Assembly: GCA_964057225.1 (NCBI GenBank)
Contig: OZ059894.1
Location: 8,742,001-8,806,000, forward strand
Origin: Auanema rhodensis
Taxonomy: Eukaryota; Animalia; Nematoda
Reading direction: 5' to 3'
Length of the DNA: 64,000 nucleotides
A program made the position numbers and the translations under genes. The notes under the pieces were generated by a model, which made no database searches, was not told the origin of the DNA, and saw only the letters and a list, made by a program, of their open reading frames with translations. Below are positions 58,601 through 64,000 of the stretch, piece after piece; the first letter of the stretch is position 1, and each line of letters opens with the position of its first letter.

Positions 58601-61600
58601 GAAATATGCATGGATGTATCTGCTACATCATCTGGTATCTCTAGCTCATTCTCAAGTTCTACCTGCGTTACTATCATTTCTTAATATTTGGCGTGCAATC
58701 TTCCCATTTTTAATATCCAAATGGATCATTTGCGTGAATGCTGATGAACTGGCAAGACTATCTATTTAACTCATTTACTAAGCATCATGATCAAAAAAGT
58801 TGTTCAAACAGCTTAAAAGCTAAAAATGAGCAAAGGTATGAAACTAAAAGAATTTAAATTGATTATTATTAGTTAAATATATTCAAATTATAAATAAAAA
58901 TTATCATAATATAATATTTGATGAGTAGCTCTTGTTCAAGTTACAACTTGAAAAAATAGATTTTATTTTTAATATTCTATTTAAATTACTATTAAATATT
59001 ATTATTCAGTAAAAGATTTTTATTATCGAAATGTTTTAGGCAACAATGGGAACAGCAGAAAAAAATGCTGGAATCCAAGCAGCCTGTTGATGTTCAACTT
59101 CTGATGTCACAAAAACGAGAATTAACTTCGCAACTGAATCGTGAACAACATGAAAAGGAAGACCTGTTCGTTCAGGTAAAAAAAATTAAATTATAATAAT
59201 GAAATATAGAAAAAATATTTTAGATGAATTCATTGATAGCTCAATTAGCTGAAAAAACTGATGGTGATGTAGTTCGAGAAGAAAATAAGATTTTAAAACG
59301 AAAATTGGAAGATCAAGAGGTATGAGATATGAGAATCATGCTTCATATAAAATATGTTTTAAGGCTCTGTCTACAGCAGAAACAATCAGATTATCTGGAG
59401 AACTGCAAAAAGCTAGAGAAAAGCTGGATATCGAAACGCAAACTTTACGTTTGGAAAAGAAGAAGCTCCAAGCAGATGTCGATGAAACTCGAAAAGAATT
59501 GAGCATGAAATCTGCTGCTTTACAGTCTTTAATGCTGGCAAAACAAGTTAGAAAACCAAATAATTCTCAATATAATTTATATATTTCTTCATAGGATACA
59601 TCGAAAGAAGAAGAATCAAAGCGGTTGACAGCCGAACTTGCATCAGTTCGTGAAGACTTCCGGAATATAGAGAATCAAAATGATGCCTTATCTCGCGAGA
59701 TTCAAGAGAAAACGAAGTATGTTTTTAGATAAATTTTTAATAATTAATATTAGTATGTCCCTCAAATCTAATTTAACTATATATTATTTGTTTTCCCTTA
59801 AACTTCACACGAATGAGATACTCCCTAACCTCATTGAAATGCTTCAAGCATCAAACTAATTTTTACACTTATTCAACTAAGTACTATATGTATATATACA
59901 TATATTAGTAATATTATTTCAATATACTATATGTATAGTATATTGAGTGTAAGTTTCCCTTCCCAACAGCTAATATTCTCAGGTCATGACCATGAAGGTG
60001 TCATGAAAAGTACTGAGAATTGACCTGTGAACAAACTGTTTACAGATTGTTTACCTATTAGCATTTAAAATTAAAAATTTGCAAAAAGCATGTGAAATTC
60101 TTAAAAATATTTGATCTATAACTTATATGATATAGTTAAGATCAAATAATCATAATGATTTATCGAAATGTGAATACACACAATGAAACAATCGTTCACG
60201 TGAACTTTACGTGGAAATTAGCATTTGAAATATTTTTATTTTTATTTTCAAAATTATACAAATTGGTTGCTCACAATGAAAAACAAAATAATATTTAAGT
60301 AAGGAAAATGAATTAAAATATAAAATTTCAGGTATGAAGGAGAATTACAATCGCTTAATGAATCTTTGGAAAGTCAACTTAAAGCTATGGAACATAAAAT
60401 TCAAAAAGAAGAAGAACATATTGTAGGCTTTTCATTCTAAGATTCTTGATTATCATCTGAACATTTAAAATTAAATTTCGATAATTTATAGAAACGTTTG
60501 GAGGAGAATAAAGCTCAACTAGAGATGAAACTTGCCCAGACTTCTCAAGAATACGAGAAAGTTCAGGTTCGGTTAGAAAAAACTGAAAATGATGTTAAAG
60601 CTGCAGAACATGGAAAAGATAATTTGCTCAAGGTTTCAATGATTTAGGAAGTAGTGAGCATGAATTTTGAATTTTCAGAGACAATCGGATGAACTTACTA
60701 CTCTACGCGAAGCTAATATTCAACTTAAAGAAGAGCGTGACGAATTATCTGAAAGGGTTACGATACTAGAAGCAACTCTTCAAGAAAAAGATTCCAAGAT
60801 TGATGTAAGATTTGAATTTTGTCCCTAAATATTTTCTGGTAATAATCATTCCAGTCAACGAAGGTAGCTCTGTTAGCTGCTGAATCTCGTGCTAGTCAAG
60901 CTGAAGAGGACAAGAGAATATCTGAAAACCAATTTAAGAACAGTGAGAGAAAAGTAACACAGTTACAAGCACAATTAGATGCTGCAGGAAACGAAGAACA
61001 GGAAGTAAGCATAGATTAACAATAAATTTTATTTATTATTCATCTATAGATTGAAGTATTGAGAGAAGAGTTAAAGAAATCTGAAGAACGTTATAACTTA
61101 GCTCAAAATAGATTACAAAAATCTGAAAGTGCTTCACAGGTTATTGAAAATATATTAAATTAAATTATTTAAATTATATAAATTATAGTTAGTATCTGAC
61201 AATCATCGCCATGAAATTGAAGTATTCCAAACTAAAGTTCACGACTTGGAGAAGGAAAAGGAACAACTTGCTACATCACAAGCTAAGATGTAAGTTGAAA
61301 TACAACGAAATGAAAATTATATCATAATTCGTTAAAGAACACATCTACAAGAAGAAATACATAAGTTGACAGCCGAAAAACATGCTGCTACTGATGCTGT
61401 TAGAAAGTTGGAAAGTGATCTGGAAGATTCAAAGAATACAAAGCTTTCTGTAGCGAATGAAATAACAACACTAGTAGATTCGATTTCATTATTACGATCG
61501 GAAAATGGGTAAGGATTATCTTTACAAAGAAATAATTTTAATGTTATTGTATTTTCAGTCAATATCAAGAAGAGATTCAATCTCTTGAACAAGAGTTAGG

Positions 61601-63683
61601 AGAATTACGTGAAGAAATTGAAGAATTAACGGAAGAACGAAATGAATGGAGAGAATGTGCTGAAACAGCTCAAAAGGAGAAAGAAGCTTTAGAAAATGAA
61701 ATGGAAAGAGAGAAAGAGAAGTATAATTTATCTTCAATTAACTTCATAATTTTATTTAATATATAGGATCGTTCTATTAAATTCATCAAGCTCTTCAATG
61801 AAAAATGAAACTGAACAACTTGTTTTGAAAAATGTTGAACTTACAACTCAACTTTCAAATCTTCAGCAAGAACATGATGAATTGAACAAGAATCACCAAA
61901 AACAAATGAAAGCTGAAGTTGAACAACTTGCTCAAAAGAATAGTGCTGAATATGAGAAATTACAATCAACTTTGGATAGGCTCAATGAAGAAAAGAAGGA
62001 GTCAGTAGCTCAATGGGAATCTCAATTGAAAATCGCTCAACAAGAATTGGAACATTCTAAAGAACGAGTTCGTGAACTTGAAGGTTGCATTTCCCATTTC
62101 GATCATGAATATCAACTTGATATCATTTTAGAAGAACGTAGTAGAGTTATTGGTTCATCAGATGTTGAGAAGAAGCGTTTGCTTGATGAAGCCCATGAGC
62201 AAAGAGATAAGGTAACTTATTCAAAAACCTAAGTGTTATCATGTTCATAATAATACTTTAGGCTGAAGCTGCTAATTCTGAACTTGTTCAATTGACGGAG
62301 AAACTTACATTAATATCGTCTTCCTTAGCATCAGAAAAATCAAAGTCTCACGAGTTGGAAGATAAATTGACTAAGCTGGCAAAGGTAGAAACTTCCGACA
62401 AACTTAGATTATTGTTCATACTACTTGATATAGGAACTAGAAGAAGCTAAGGCTACTGCTAATACATCATCCGAAGCCAAAACTCTCATATCTGAAATTG
62501 AAGCTCAGAATGTACAACTAAAGAAACAGCTAGAAGCTTTAGAAGAAGATTCAAAGACTAAATTATCCGAAAGTGTAGTAAAAGGCGAATTGCTTGAAAA
62601 GCAAATTAGTGATATGAAAGCAGCTCGAGTAGCTTCTGATAATCAACGACGAGAGATGGAAGAACGCATAGAGGCAGTAGAGAAATTAGAGAAGAAGGTA
62701 CTTTGAATTAAATAAAATTATAATTTATATCTTATGATATGATGTTGTAGGTAGCAGATCTTGATGCAAAGTTATTAGCAAGCAGTAAAGCACAGCAAGA
62801 ACATTTATTAAATTTGAAAAACATGACAGAATTACTAGAGTCTGAATCTAAACGGGTAGAAGAAGCAGCTCAAGAAAAACGAAGGTAACACATATAATAT
62901 GAAAAATTATATTTTCTAATTTATTAAATGTTTTAAGATTAAAAGATAAATTAGAAGAAGTTGAACGTAATTTTGCTGAAGCTCAACAAAATCCACAAGA
63001 AAATGTATGTGAATCATTCATTTCATTTTGATTTATCAAGTAAATTATATATTTTTAGGACGGTGCTTTAATTGCTGAAAATGCTCGATTAGCCAGTGAA
63101 TTATTGAAAGCTCGATCTCATACAGAACAAGCTATAGAGAATGAGCGTGAGCAAATGGAAAAACAGTTCGAAATTAGGATGACTTCGTGAGTTTTTCATA
63201 TATTCAGAATACAATTTCTATAGTTTAATATTTCTAATTTATTATTTCATTTTTAGACTTAATAATCAATTAGCTGCTTCAACTTCTCGAATTGAGGAAT
63301 TGAATAGAACAATTGTGCAAACAGAAAAGAAGTAAGTAGTTATTTTAAATATATTTTAATTATGCTAACTATATGTAATATATTTGTAAATTATTACTTA
63401 TTTCACATTTTTTTAGGAGAAAAGATGAAGTAGCTGCTGTTTATAATGAAATGGATATGGTGAAGAATGAAAGAGCACGTCTTCAGACCAAAATAGATGA
63501 GTATGTTTCACATATTATTCTTATAAACTAAAACATAAAACAAATCGTTTATAGAATGTATAATAATTCATCTTCAATGAATCCGAATAGAAGAATATCG
63601 AATATGAGTGCCATAACTAACTTTAGTACAGCTGATTTTTCGGAAATTGAAGATGTTGAAATATTGAGACGAGAAATTGACAA
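46604..63683 (+). CDS. Large multi-exon protein with a low-complexity Ser/Thr/Pro-rich N-terminus and a very long coiled coil; family not recognised; 3' end uncertain; may be two transcription units
   Basis: More than 30 phase-compatible GT-AG exons, starting MIDDEEDDKDHIPRGLVSQRRALFG and continuing through EEILSLKRQ, ARQEALIGRLQKEL and RELKERQNECDTLRKK. E/K/Q/L heptad-rich exons run from 59.0 to 63.5 kb, ending at ...EIEDVEILRREIDK. Confidence 0.8.
48373..48674. repeat. Higher-order minisatellite: alternating 41-bp and 32-bp units (73-bp period)
   Basis: A = aactttcacggaaagtgaggaaagtcgacttaccatacgtg; B = aactttcacggaaagtcgacttaccatacgtg. The order is A-B-A-B-A-B-A plus one degenerate unit, and the array is intronic. 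Confidence 0.97.
50897..53117 (-). CDS. Divergent nematode globin with two tandem globin-like domains, nested antisense in an intron of the coiled-coil gene; 5' exons uncertain (possibly extending to ~53420 or beyond)
   Basis: Spliced exons: ...SDLARAHWIQL...VQNAFIHMLSHYKHIRPIWHFG...DFYFRHHCASIQAGLTMVMENKDD...LLNEIGAHHFFYDACEPHLEIFEEGIIESM...LDEQTELSWKSLL. This has the globin A-H helix pattern with E7 and F8 His. A second repeat follows and ends VQTWSKIYRVLEQAVIANIVNY*. Confidence 0.85.
57380..57406 (+). CDS. Candidate internal alternative first exon (MSYEVEALK) of the coiled-coil gene
   Basis: aaaaATG TCG TAT GAG GTG GAG GCA TTG AAG|gtaaaa is in phase 0 and lies 83 nt upstream of the phase-0 exon RELKERQNEC at 57490. 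Confidence 0.6.
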
Positions 63684-64000
63684 GTAAGTAACATCTATAT
63701 ATTCTTTCTTTTATATTTTGTCCTCAGAAAAAAATTTATTTGATTGCTGATCAAATTTTAAGAGAAAAAACCCTTTGTATAGTATTCAACTAAGAATTTA
63801 TATATAATTTTATATAAATTATATGCTTTTATTATATTAGATAGGTAGTCCTTATTCTCTCTACAGGTGGTTAAACAATCAGAAATTCGTTTTATGAAGT
63901 TATAGCTGACTAACACTTCATGAATAGTCCTTAACCAATTGGTTATATAGCCACTTAACCAATTAGATCATGATGCCGACATGATAAGTGCTTGGGAATA

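Noticed and set aside
58420-58677. 85-aa minus-strand ORF in a coiled-coil gene intron
   Set aside because: No recognisable domain and no consistent exon chain.
63720-63910. Possible frameshift or pseudogenisation at the 3' end of the coiled-coil gene
   Set aside because: The next acceptor gives KKKFI* across an A7 run. This could be the true end or a homopolymer error, and I cannot decide from the sequence alone.

Overview
This is eukaryotic, AT-rich genomic DNA from a nematode, most likely a rhabditid. The evidence is many short ~45-55 nt GT-AG introns with TTTCAG-like acceptors and proteins close to C. elegans families. All gene models below were spliced by eye, so exon boundaries are predictions. 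From left to right: (1) the 3' part of a novel-class protein kinase C (pkc-1/PKC-epsilon type, +), with a DUF229 gene nested antisense in its 6.1 kb intron; (2) a secreted pepsin-family aspartic protease (-); (3) a tRNA-Pro(TGG) cluster with 3 intact copies and 2 decayed copies, interrupted by a ~625 bp foldback element; (4) a small proline-rich YLPM1-like gene (+); (5) MGME1 (+); (6) a WDR62/MAPKBP1 WD40 gene (-) with two candidate first exons; (7) ~8-12 kb of microsatellite-rich non-coding DNA; (8) a long multi-exon coiled-coil gene (+) that contains a higher-order 41/32-bp minisatellite and a nested antisense globin gene. The most notable observations are that the globin is an internally duplicated two-domain protein whose second domain has Cys in place of the proximal His, that clusters of the palindrome TTCACGTGAA are dispersed in introns and resemble the minisatellite, and the tRNA/inverted-repeat complex.
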